Shown one piece after another: positions 38,101-51,100 of a stretch of 64,000 nt of DNA. The notes under the pieces were generated by a model. The model searched no databases, was not told the origin of the DNA, and saw only the letters and a program-made list of their open reading frames with translations. Each line of letters opens with the position of its first letter. The first letter of the stretch is position 1. This stretch comes from Styela clava (lineage: Eukaryota), in contig NC_135254.1 of NCBI RefSeq assembly GCF_964204865.1, positions 10,664,001 to 10,728,000 on the forward strand, read 5' to 3'. The translations under genes and the position numbers were made by a program.

Positions 38101-41100
38101 TACCAGTATCATGATTATTTGGTTCTCCTTCACCCCAAAAAGAGAATGACAAGTTTGTTCCATCGTTCCATTGGAACATCGACTTTGATTTTTCATAAAC
38201 GAGTCCAATGTAGAATGTGTATGGTACTCCTGTAATAAGACATATCATATTGATTTATACCCCTAGGACACGTCTAGACAAGTGTTTTAGCGATGACCAA
38301 TCGGTTGAAGCGTACGAAGTAATTATGTTGGCATTACAGATTATTGTTAGATATCAGTTGGGTTTGTACAGGGACTTGTTCGCTAACTAAGCGTTGAATC
38401 CCACGAGAAACGGGCCTATTGCATTCCGTTCGTGATGCCATCAACGATCGAAGTTATTATATCGTCGCAGTACATACATTCCATTGGCTTTCAATGCTTA
38501 AAATAATGCACGTACCTGATTCATCAGAAATGAGTGTTTTTATAAATCCTTGAGTTAATTCATTCTTTATTAATGCAAATTCTCCCTCGCTATTTTTGCA
38601 AAATGTTTTCGAATCTTCATAAGATCTTGATCTACCCGCCGGTGAAACGTAATATTCATAAGTTCCGTTAGGAAACCAGTTTCCTCGGCCTGTTTCACAA
38701 ATAAAATATCGAATAATTGAAAAATATCAGTAACTCGAGAAATGCACGGTGGAACAAGATGGCATCAATTGCAGGCACTTGCTTTAACTTCAATACCGAA
38801 GTGGGAAATAAAGATAAACGTTGATATATTGACGCATTTAAATTTTTCGATTATAAGCCGTTTTAGCACTTTCGGATTAGAGCGAATGGCATAGTAAAAG
38901 CAACGGCGTGATTCAGTGGAGACATTCGTAACCTAGTTACAAAAAAAGAAGTTGGCTTCGACGTGACTTATGTGAAAGAGAATAACAAGCCCATTGTTTA
39001 TATCTCTTTTTTTTGCAACAATTGTAATAACTGGTCAGTATGCTGGGGACTGAAAACGTAACAATATAATTTTACAATGAATTTTTCATTCTCACCTGGT
39101 GGAGTCGGAGTTGTGGTCAATAAAGGCATAGTTGCATTGCAAGAAGCGGATGGCGTGCATATCTAAAAACAACGTTAAATTGTTCAATCGTGCATGTAGG
39201 TGTGTTAATCGAACTAACTGTAAGTCCAAAATATAATCAAAAAAAAAATAATTCTGTAACAATAAAATCCAAATTAATGGGGACCAGACTGGATTTGCAA
39301 GTCACATTTAAAATTAGAATTGGATTATGGAATTATTTCGATACGTTAGTCAATTTGTTTTAATTAATAACTAAGTATGACTAAACTGACTTGAATAAAT
39401 TTATCTGAGTGGAAATGCTGGATGTAGCTAAATAATGTCGTCGATGAAGTTGAGTACAAAAATATACCAAACGATAGTTGTATAATGTAAGTGTGTGTCA
39501 ACAGTGTGCATGAGAAAAAATGTTATTCCCATTTAGAAGTTATCGTTTTGGAACGACAAACTAATCGACATGCTAGAACTTTATAAAAACCCAATCTTAT
39601 ATGTAACAGTCATCAATACAGCTAGGTAATGAGTATTTTGAACGGAAACACAATCATAATGCGTTATATATGTAAACCAAGTTTACTTCCGACTGTGTTG
39701 CTGTATCATTGCAAGAGTTTGGACCAATTCTTCCGCTGTCAACACATGTTCGGTTACGCTGCCTTATTCCCTGGCATTCACGACTTCCCCAAGACTCCCA
39801 TGATCCCAAGTTCAAACCTGCAGAAACATACAGATCAATATAAGAATTATACAACTAATTATTTGGAAGCAGTTTTTTTATCAGTAAATGTAAATCAAGA
39901 TGAACTGTTAATACAGTATGAGCGGTATAGAAACATTAGCATAGCTGTGCAAGGTATATATAAACAGTGATAAAAGGTCATTATTAAAACTTTAATTAAT
40001 ACATGAAAAGAATGTTTTTTGCGCTAATAGCAAATCAAAAGCAGTTAGTTAGTTTTGCTTGCAGTAAATTTATGATATTGTGAAACTGCTTTCTTTAATA
40101 AACATAATTTATCTAGTAAAATTTTAAACATTGGACAGATAACCCAATTCTAAATTTTCCTCAAGACAATTTTCTCAAAGTAAAGTTAGTCGCACTCATT
40201 CGGAATAAAGAATACTAGTATTTGATAAAAATACGGGCTGTGGCTGAAATGCCAAGTGTCACTGAAATTATACAGTATTTTGGTGGTGCAATAAACACCA
40301 GCGGATGCCTGATGCCTGTGGTAATACAAGCAGTTCAAATCAATGCTATAATGAGCATAATCACGGGCAGTAACTCTTGACATGGTTAAAATTTACTAAA
40401 TTGGCGTTAAAATATATAAATAGGTATTTGCAAAAAGATTATAACTCTTGTGTTTTACAAAGTTCAGACAACCATTTATTGCATAAAAGATTAGGCCGTA
40501 TTCACAACAAATACATAACCTACAAATTAAGTATATATTTATTACAAACAAATGTTTTTACCGATTAATCGTTGACAGACAAATCCAGTTGGCGAATTCG
40601 CAGCGCAATTGACGTCATACCACGGTAGATTTAAAAAATATACGTTAAACCATCCCATAGCACCACAAGGTTGGGATCTCTCACTAGAAGGTTCTCCTGA
40701 GTTCCAGTTAGTGTAAGTTAGTTCAGAATTGTCATTCCACATGAAGGTATTGCTTGTGCCAACTTCCTTTAATCCAATATAAAATCCATAGGGTTGTCCT
40801 GTAGACAATAAAATGCCTTAGAGAAAAAAAAAGTTTTGTCGTGTGTAATATTTGTTGTATGTAAACATGATTGGTTGGGACTGTTGGACATTATTGTAAA
40901 CATGTACAAATATATGAACACTGACGGTTTATAAAATAAAACAAAAAACGTAAAATGTTCTATTTATATATACCTGAAGTAGCTGAGACTTGATTCTGAA
41001 TAAACGTTTGAATCTCGCTTGTTTTTATCATTGCCATCTCCCCACTATTGTTTTTACAGAATATTTCACCATAAACATAAGACTTTATATCTCCTTTTCC

Positions 41101-41273
41101 AGATACGAAGTATTGGTAACTACCAAATGCATTCCACTCACCTCTACCTGGTCGCAAAAATAAAGAGTTTATGAATAAGCACATAATATGAAAGACCGGA
41201 TGATATACGATATATACCAACCTGCGTTAACGACGGCGATCATCCAAGCAAATATCAAAAGTTGCTCTTTCAT
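35176..41273 (-). CDS. B2: intact SP-CTL-TSP1-CTL-TSP1-stalk-TM receptor with activating-type tyrosine tail (about 603 aa)
   Basis: Exons 41273-41222, 41147-40974, 40798-40562, 39817-39687, 39162-39096, 38689-38516, 38229-37978, 36797-36670, 36299-36092, 35878-35773, 35458-35176 total 1812 nt, open. CTL1 has EPS/WYD and CTL2 has EPN. Tail: YYEIPHNYEEIKDENHQYEEM...PYINS. Confidence 0.88.
37163..37270 (+). mobile_element. Decayed hAT transposase C-terminal fragment in a B2 intron
   Basis: Reads NFPTLRDFALRI*SML*STYICRSTF, resembling the hAT dimerisation-domain motif, with two stops. Confidence 0.55.
37311..37715. mobile_element. hAT (Charlie-like) MITE in a B2 intron
   Basis: TIR CAGGGGTCGGCAACC / GGTTGTCCACCCCTG; TSD ACCTACAT / GCCTACAT. 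Confidence 0.88.
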
Positions 41274-42700
41274 TTCCGCGGCTAATTATCTAACATTTCC
41301 AACTTTTCCAATAACATTTTAATTCGAATGCAAAAATTAAAAAAAAACAAGGATGATATATATTTGCGAGCTGATAACGTTGTCAACTTCTTCGTCACAA
41401 AAATGAGAATATTCAAAAAAGTTGTTGCGTAAAGAACCAATATGAAAAACCAACGACATATACTTTTCTTGACGATATTAAAACATCAAAAGCTATGAAC
41501 CGAATATATAACACTACTAAATTTCTTTCAAAGCTAATAATGCAACAATATGCTATACTTATGAATAAATGATTTGATTGCCCACAATAGCATTAAATAT
41601 AGGTATTCAAAAATCTTCGATAATATTTTCAGTACACTGCAAATATTCATCCAATGTCTAGCCGCATTAATTTTGAGTTTCAGAAGAGTGATGCAGATGA
41701 AACCCTAATTCGACTTGCCAGAATGAAATCATAAGCAATATGATCTAATATTTCTATCTAATTAGGCCTAATATGAGTAATGAAGTTAACATTTTTAACA
41801 TGTAAAAATAAAAAGCGTTTGTGGGGGACAGAAAGAGCAAAACTTACTATCATGAGTGGGACATTTCCATAACCTTTTAGATACAACCTTTGTTTTAAAT
41901 GACAGCAAAGAGATGATTAATGACGAAATCTCCTTCAGAAATCGATGCTTATTACAAAGCTAATTAGCATTATTATAGTATTCTCTAATAACTTATGTTC
42001 TGTTATGTATTGAGAAAACCTTATTCATACAGGAACTTAGTGGCATTTTAAAAAATGACAAAACTCGGATATCAAAAAGTAAAAATTATAAGAGGGTTGG
42101 CCTAATGCTATTTAGTTGAGATTTGAACGAAACAATTAGTTTCTATTTTAAAAATAAATAATGTATTATATAATAAATGTATTATATTGCAAAACTCCTA
42201 AATGCAAGTATATACAAGTGTTATAGTGATCACTGGCCCAGAGATATCTTTCTGCGGTAATGTAATAAATACGGTTAAGTTTGTTCCCATATTTCATAAA
42301 AATGTCTTTTTATGAATTATAATAAAACAGTTACATTTGAGATGAGATAGCGGGTCCTACAGGATTTAGAGGTAATGTGAAAGACATAATATATACAAGC
42401 AATGGCATTCTTGCGGTTTTGCAATCTTTAGGTACTGGGAATCAGAAATCGATTAGTTGGAGTTCAATTATATCAAAATAACCTTGGATTCATCACTACA
42501 ACATCGACAACAACAATAATTTAGAAAAACGATTTATATGTCCATTTCGTGAACACAATTTGCACGGGGCTCTATTGCATGCAAATAGCTATTTTTGATT
42601 GTTACTTTAGATTTCAAGATTATACACCGGGCTGTCATCATCTGTGTGCCAACAACAAACGGCCCGTCAGGCGATAATGTTACTTGAGCATAGCGATTAA

Positions 42701-44830
42701 TTAGACTTCTTTTGTCACAATGACATATTCATCACCTTTGGGACCAATAACTGTCCTTTGTATTCTATTCTGCCTTCTGACTGCCGTGGTCTTATCAATT
42801 TCCTCGTATACATCCTGTTCACATGATTTAAAACTTGGATTGACCGGTGTTGCAACCTTAATGTAGTCATCATCAAGACTCCCTTCTTCAGCTAGAGATG
42901 AACGGAGAGCGGTCCAGACTACTTTGGTTGTTGATTCCCTTTGTATTTCAGCGAAAATTTCGTTTCAACTTTCCACAGGAGATTTTCTATCGTTCATTGA
43001 TATTGGTATTGCAGGTAAAATCATATTCTGTATGACTGAATTATTCTTATTTGAATCATTGTTGAGACTTTCTTTAGTTCTCCGGGATTCTTCGGTGTCT
43101 GTAGATTTTTTGCTCGTATTCTATTGCTCTATATAGCATAATATCATTTCCGATTTTTATAACTGTGACTTTTGGTAAGGTCGGCAAAGTACTGCGCTAA
43201 AATATTTTGATCCTGCTACTATTTTTTGTCTTTCTTCTCATTGAATTTTGTTTTGTTAGGATAACTTCAGGCAGCTGTACAACCTATAATGACACAGTTT
43301 TCATTTCCGCCATTATTATTGGGTTTTCCAGTAAACCAAGTTTCATAAGATTCAACCTCGCCATCAATCCACGCAAAGATGTTATTTCTCACTCTTTATA
43401 AACTAATAAAAAAGTCATATGGCTTATCTGTGCAATAAATTTTTGTTGTTAAAATTTTGTCGATTATTATGGGCTACAATAAATCTTTGTAGACACGGCC
43501 TTGCTCGTTAATAGTTCAAGCCAAAATAATATCCAATAATTCAGAAACTTCAAAATTAAACAAATTTTTATCAGCTATATAAAAAATCTTTCGTCACATT
43601 TTCAGCAACTTTATGTCAAACTTATTACTACGCATTTTCAATACTGAATGACGCTACACAAAAAACATCAAGAAAGGAGTATTTGCTCAATGTCATAGCC
43701 TATACAACATTGGTAACCAAACTATTATCGCTCGTGGCTCCCTACCAGAGGCGTTTAGCATTCATGGCCCCCTGTTTATGATTCCAGTAGTATTTTATTT
43801 TGTAGTGTTATTTTAATTGGTAATTTCCAAATCCCATCATGTTCAAACAAGTAAAAATACCTTGTGAAATAACTTTAACGTCAATGAAATTAGGAAAAAC
43901 TTGAAATTTCCATGTGAAGGAAAAAGTAAAATCAGAGTTGAGTCTAGCATGATGGCCCCCTCCAACTGCTCTGTAGCCTTTGTGAACCACAGGTACCCGG
44001 TTGGGAACTGCTGCTATACAATATAATACCTGAGTCCGATATCACAATACTAGGAATGAAATTTTGCGTTTCGCTTGTTTTACCAAAAGCATCCCACCCT
44101 GTTTTATACAAAAGTTTTTACTTTTGACGAAACTCCTTATGTCATCAGCTTTGGATACATAATATTTGATATTTTTATAGTCTCTGCCAACTCCCATGAC
44201 GATCTATTTAGAGAAAAACTTTGGTACACTGGTTGTGTACATTAAAATTTATATAAAAAAAACTCAATCGGCTTTTGGTGTTCGAAAATATGAGACTAAT
44301 AATTTTAATAGACTATTTTTATCTGGCTACTGTTTAATAATTTCGTAAACTCTTTAAAAGACCTTTGAAAATTAAAACATTTTTGGGGATGTATTTATTT
44401 ATTTTTAACATTGTAATTATTTCCATCATCGTTGTAATATTGAGTGTCAAATTGGGACAATATCTCGAGTGCAGAATACATGCTTTGAAGAGAATCGACT
44501 TACATATATCACGTACCTTGGACAGAAATAAATTCATAAAGGTTCGTGCTTTGAGTTGTTGTTGTTGATCGGGTTGGTATAATATATGTCGATGCCGTTG
44601 AAAGGAATTTTGTCTACCGTATTCTGGGAACTGGTTTTATCCGATGTCGATATTGCCTCTAGAGTTGTCTGCTGGACTGATTGATTGACGAAGTGCAAAG
44701 CAAAGACAATCTCATTATCATAAACTGTTGAGGCGATGTTGTCAGCGTTTGCTGTTGTCGATTCGTCCAACCCGAAACCGATGAGCCCAGAACAGGTATT
44801 TAAAAAATCACAACAACTAAGCTTCAACAT
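42701..44830 (-). pseudogene. C2: decayed third C-type lectin receptor paralogue with a distinct tyrosine tail
   Basis: A 174-nt exon 44203-44030 (YYVSKADDIRSFVKSKNFCIKQGG...KTSETQNFI...SDSG, with a stop and frameshifts). An exon from 43427 (DKPYDFFISL*RVRNNIFAWIDGEVESYETWFTGKPNNNGGNENCVIIG). A tail at about 43120-42701 (...DDDYIKV...QDVYEEI...GDEYVIVTKEV*, internal TGA at 42967-42965). A possible N-terminal exon at about 44830-44517. Confidence 0.8.
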
Positions 44831-47114
44831 TTATGATACTTGATTCATTCAGAGTAATTTTTCATAAAAACACGAAGACCCTTTCCCTTTTTTATTATTT
44901 ATTTCACATCTTCGATTCTAGAAAGTAAAGTTTTGGTGCTATCTAAATCTATATTATGCAAATTTTTTATTTTATATTCACAGTATTGCAAACCTCTTAC
45001 TTACCATGACACAGAAGATCCAGTAGCAGTAGAAGAATCGCATTCCTACGTTTACGTCAACATATATATTAAAATCTCAATAATAACTTGAAATTCCCTT
45101 TCTATCTTGAACAACCAATCAAAACTTCTGCGCACGTGTATCCAGCTCAAATCGTTTTATCCTGCCTCCTACAAACCCTATCCAATCGTCTTATTTATTT
45201 CACAGACCTACAAAATATTGCATGTTCTGTTACTTTCCTGTATTGCCCTATTTTAAAGATATAACTTTAATCCTCCTCAGCGATTAATGAACAGAATTTA
45301 TGTATGCAAAATGGATATATTTTTTCAGTTTCATGAAGTTTAGACATCCCACTCGTTTACATTAACTGTTTTAACGTATTTTCTATACGTAGTTTCTACA
45401 TCACCACGCTTTCCTATTCTTGCTAATATACGTGCATGCATGCAGCTATACGTTATGTTGTTTTGAGTCGATAAATTTATAACAAGACATTTACACAATG
45501 TGAATTATATGAAAAAATGATGGTGAAACTTTTAGGGATCTTATAGTAAGTTTCTTATTGTTCACACTTGTCCTGGCATATGTAACACCAAAGTAATCAG
45601 TATTGGTGGACAAGAGCCCTCTCCTAAGTTTATTGTATGTTTTTCCACATATGTGACTTTTGGTTGAATACAACTATATAAAATTAAATTCAGTTACTTT
45701 GTAGCTCCATTTATAAATCGTGGTTGAGCCTAACAAATCTTGTAACATGGGCCTGATTAAGTAACAAAATTTTGGTCAAATAATGGCTGTGACCACCAAG
45801 TCAGGAAGTTTGATTGAAATTTATATGAATTTACAATGAAAGCTATATACGTGAAGGTAAACTAGTAATATATATTTGCGAAATGCGTTTTAAATTCAAT
45901 GTTCGATTAAAATAAATTCAAATTAGTTAGTAAAAAATTCTCCGACCAAGTTTATTGCATATATATATTTGAATAAATGACAAATTTTAACACGATTGTC
46001 AGCTCTACCACTAGAATCAGATGAAATTTAGTTTTGCATATTTTATACCTTTATTGCGAGATTTAATAGACAAAACGGAAAAGCTAGATTTGATAAAAAT
46101 ACCCATCGATTAAATAAAATTGGCAGTGTAAATTTTTATATCTTGGTATGAAACATTGTTACCAAGACGAAAACGGCAATGCTATGCATGATTGAAAAGT
46201 ATGGATTCAGCTTCATTTATGTAATCTTATGAATCTTTTTCTTTTTCTGTTTTATCAGTGTATATATTACATGAAGCAGTATAAGGCAGAACAGCGTAAC
46301 ATATTCGAAAACTAAAAAATAGTCAAAATTTAGGGTAAAAATAACTTGAAAAAACCTTCCAGATAACCAGACAAATTAATATTGTTCCCAATACATGTTT
46401 ATATCATGGCATCAAAGTAGATATAGTTTGTTTGGTAAAGATTTGAACAACGACTGCGTTTTGTCTAATAACCGATCCGGGTCCGATCTGTAAATAGTTA
46501 ACCAAGTAATTGTTCCGAATGCACAACGTGGAAGCAACACGATACTTTCCATTAGATTTGGATCAAAATTCTGCTTTACTGCTTGTTTGTTTCATTGAAG
46601 AAGAATATCGTGACAATTTTCTAAGTTTCGTTCACACCTTCAATGAAAATAACGCTTTGGTAAAACAGTTTGAACTGGATTGTTCAAATTCATAATTATT
46701 TTACAAAATCAATTAAAGTAAATTCATTGTAAATTTAACTTATATATAAGTACTATGTTGACCTTTTTGTCAGTTTTCTTTTGTAAATTGTCGACGATGG
46801 GGCGAAGTTGTTGAACCTTCATCATTCAATCAATTTAAAACAAGCTTCAAAATTACTATTGTAAAGTTAATTGGGATTAGAAAATACCTTTTTAAAAAAC
46901 AAAGCAGGAGCAGTTTATAATCAACCCGGGGCGCTCCAGAGGTGTGTGTACCAATATGGAAGTAGATAATTTTGTTCGCCTATCTTACATCAGGTTGTGT
47001 GAAGGTACGGAAACCTGTGGGCAGAGGGCATGTTCACTTGACTAACACAGACAGTCCCAAACTCGTAACACAACTAAAATAGGGGGAAATCGAAATAAAA
47101 TTATGGCCTAACCC

Positions 47115-47555
47115 TAGGCTTACCATACGTCCCGCTTTTCAGAGTTTTGTCCCGCCGTCCCGATAAGTTAGCCAAGAGTACCGCTTTTCCAGCATAAAAC
47201 ACAAACATGTTCTCGTTACTGTTGTAGCCTACTTACTGAAGGTGAATGCGTTTGATTTCCATTGATGGCAGACGTATCACATGTAAAACCAATACTAATT
47301 AGTCTAAATTCGAATTATTTGTACCGGTATCGTTAACGTCAATTCCTTCCAATTTTTCGAACTGAATCCGATATTTGGACAGAGAATATGCGCATGAAAT
47401 TTCGATAACAATATGGTCAATAAAGACAGCCGAGATAGCTTTAAATGTAGGCCTATGTAGTAAAATCGGGAAATGTGAAGTTATAAAATCACAGCTAAGG
47501 GGTCGTTGCCTTTCGAGGCGTCCCGATTTGAAGTCACAAAAATATGGTAACCCTA
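47115..47555. mobile_element. hAT (Tip100-like ends) MITE nested in an older MITE
   Basis: TIR TAGGCTTACCATA / TATGGTAACCCTA with a perfect 8-bp TSD CCTAACCC. Empty site at about 18688. Confidence 0.9.
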
Positions 47556-47672
47556 CCTAACCCTAACCTGGTACACACACTATGAGAGTAGCCAACCAGA
47601 TGTATAACATATTAGATAATCAACAGTTACTTCCAGAGGCAACATGGCTCGAAGTTAGGTAAGCATTAGTAG

Positions 47673-48063
47673 TGTAGCGTACCGGCAGTCTATGTAATAA
47701 TTATCCAAGTTCAGAATATCTTTCAATATGATCTGAAGTTTCCTCCCAATATTCACTTCAATTTATACTATTTTGTTCTATTTATTAATCACAATCCGCA
47801 ATACAATCAAATACTCCAATAAAATCAAGAAAACAGAAAGGGTACAACGAAAATAACAAAAATACACAATACTTGAACAGCACTGACAAGACAATAACCA
47901 AATCCGTAGTACAACCAACGATTAACATACCGGTACAACCTATAGCAAAACAACTGCAATTGCACTACACTTAAACAACAAAATCATTCTATTGAGCAAT
48001 TTTAGAATATCCAAACCCGTCATAAACCATAAAATCAAAAATAAACACCAAAAGGTCGTCACA
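47673..48063. mobile_element. Solo LTR (391 bp) just 3' of the A2 stop codon
   Basis: Starts TGTAGCG and ends CGTCACA, flanked by GTAG / GTAA. Empty site ATTAGTAGGTTT at about 18797. Confidence 0.75.
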
Positions 48064-48154
48064 GTAAGTTTATTCATCAGTATGAACCTGTTTTTCTGCT
48101 ACTGATCAAATAAATATGTGATATTGATTATAGTTTAATTTGACTTTCCCATCC

Positions 48155-51100
48155 TTATTCAATGTTGTCAATATTTGCATATGGATCATCGTTTACTTCA
48201 ATGTCAGCCCCTTCGGCATCTCCCGTGACATCGGAATTCTGATCTGTTTCAGATTTATTGACCGTTGCATAAGTTACTTCATTGAAGTTTGAAGAATCAT
48301 CTTTTTTGGGTTTCTGTACAACAGCAAGGGTCACTTTATTGTCGTCTCCATCTGAAGATGTTTCCTGTTTCACGGGGTCTTTCGATTTGGTCTTCTGCAC
48401 GGTAGCGTAAGTCGGACCAGGCACTAGCTTTCCATCAAAGGTATTTTCTGGTTGCGACATTTTTTCAGAATCCACAACATTGTGTTTTTGAACCGTTGCG
48501 TAAACCTCAGGGGTGTTCTCGTCAGGATAACAAGAAACATTAATTATTTCGCTCTTTTTTTGCTTATCAACGAAAGCGTATTGAGTTTCTGATACATCTG
48601 CCGCATCCAAATCTTTTGAGGATTTAAATAACTTTTTCGATTTTGTCTTGTTTACAGCAGTATATATAGCATTGTCGTTGCCTTCTGGGGTCACATCGTT
48701 TATCTGATTCTGATGGTTATCGGCAATGGCGTGGAGGGAATCTTGCCCGTTTGATGAGTCAACTTGATCTTCGGGTAAGTGAGAATTATTGTCTGCCTGT
48801 CCATCAGGGTTTACAAACGTCTGATAACGGAGAGTTTCCGTATTTTGAGAATGGTCTCGACCTAATTCCACATCTTCGGGATCTGTAGCAGTAAAACATG
48901 TTAGTGATAAATATTAATATGAAGCAGCTGTTTTGACACACTTGAAGCATTTTCGTTTGGAGGAGTTGGAAAATAGGTCGGAGCCATTCAGATTAACTGA
49001 CTACAGATTTGAATAAGGATTCATACAAGCTATTACCTACTCGAGTTACTTATTTTAATATAATCACCATAACTGAATGCATGATGAAGTTCATTAGAAA
49101 CAACAATTCTGAATTTTTACGTGGAAAGATTCTATTTAGTATCGGTTGGTATCGTTGCAACAGGTTGTGATTTAAATGTAACACCTTTTCTTGTTTTACG
49201 CTTCTCTGTGTAGTATTCCTATATGCTATATATTCTTAATATATTTCCCGCAAAATCACTTTTTTCCCATTAGGCATATAGTTCAAATAAGATAATCATA
49301 TGGTGCACATAGAAATGAGTATTCCTTTTTGTTTGTCATACATTTACTAGCATGTGATGGACAGTAAAGTATAAGAATTCATCAACCCAGATAGAATACG
49401 TTGACGTAATACTTTAAATGAAGTTACATTAACTTACGATCTGACATTATATCTCTCGGATTAAGTTGATTTTCCATTTCTAACCCTTCATTGTAATTAC
49501 AACGATCTCCTGTGTTTATGATTCCGCGGCCTCTGCTGAAAGCAAAACTTTAGATTATATGCATTCTCGGTGAAATGAGTAAACCCCTATTAAAAAGATA
49601 TTTGGTATTTGTTCACTATTCATAAAAGATGTAATGTCATAATGTTGGATATACTACCTTTTTTTGAGTTGCTTTGAAAGTATAAAAACAATGATAAGCG
49701 CTAAAAGAAGAAACCCTCCGATAATTCCCACGACTGGCCCAATAATTGATGTTTGTGCAGCGGGTGTAGATGGACGAAGAATTCCAATCGTCGAAATTTC
49801 AGGAACTTCTGTGTGAGATAATATAGGAATTAATATCAGTACAATATAAATGATCAGAAAATTGATTTAATACATTATGTTCATTTAAACAAGCTGACAC
49901 ATTTTCGCGAGCTGAAACTGAATTTAAAATATTTTGCAACGCTACCATTTGAAAATTAATCGTACGAAAGTTATTTGACTGCTTCATTCTGATGTTATAC
50001 ATTTGAACATTCTAATTGGTCTTTTGATCGATGAACAAATGTTGGCCACGTTCTCGCGTGCATTTTAATAAATGACTCAATTGTAGAAAAGGTGAAACTG
50101 ATTGTATAAACTTATGATTTGTTATGGTAAACTATTGCTAATGCTGTTATAATCATCCCACGTTACGTTTGTTGGTATTATTTGAATTTGGTTTAAGGCG
50201 GATTTTGCCAATATTAACTCTGATCAAATATAGATTGTTGCTTTCATGCAGCTACTAGTATAGGATCAAGCCATAAAATTATAAATTGCTGTTATTTTGC
50301 GCGTTGCGTGTTGATTGCTACTAGATTCCGGATTGGTAATGACTGTAAAATTCTGCTCAAAGCTTGTAGTGGCGGCAGTAGACGTGGAATCAGTGTTTGT
50401 GGGAGTAGAATCAAACTGAGTAATTCTTCCGGTGGTTGTTTTCATTACAGTTGTTGCTGTAGACAAAATGGGTGATGTGACTTCAAAATTACTTCCTTCG
50501 CTCGTTTCGTACGTTGATTGTCTAATTGTACTTGCAGGGATAGTGGTTTCCAATGAGCTACTTGGTATTTCTGCGCTACCGAAAGTTGTCTCATTTGCCA
50601 TCGTCGTTCTCCTCTCATTTATCTGTGTGAGAGACATGGTTGAAGGCCTGTAATCATCGTGCTTTCCGTATTAAAAGCGTGGCTGATCGGCGATCTGGAT
50701 AGTTGAATGGGCAAAAATTTATGCCCGTTCAGTGCTATTAATTCTAAATTTAGATGTGAATTAAAAAGTCACTGTCGTCATTTGGTCTTGTTCCGTACCT
50801 GCGAATGAAGATGAAGTGCCGTGCAAGTTAAAGGTTGCGTTTGCCACAACATACACACCGGTAGTCATGGTAGTCATTACGTCGGTGGGTTCTTCGTTTG
50901 TGGACGAGGTGGTTAACTCACCAGCAGTTGTAGTTAATTGAAATGTGGTTTCCGCAACTGTAGTCGTATAACAAGCCGGGTCTTTTGTACAATTTGCAGT
51001 CTGTTAAAAATATTAAATCAAACTAAGGGAAAATTGAAATTGATCACTATTATTACTATTCCCAAACAGTACTTTTAAATGGCAAAAGTTTCTGTAACAT

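Noticed and set aside
49133-49207. Possible extra cytoplasmic exon (QKRKTRKGVTFKSQPVATIPTDTK*) in A2
   Set aside because: Ends in a stop, the A1 counterpart has an earlier TAA, and the flanking exons already join in frame. At most a decayed or alternative exon.
50266-50637. 123-aa Thr/Ser-rich ORF (and 21202-21402) as a functional exon or separate mucin gene
   Set aside because: No compatible donor before the stop, a TGA interrupts it in A1, and it is flanked by frameshifts. Treated as fossil stalk sequence.
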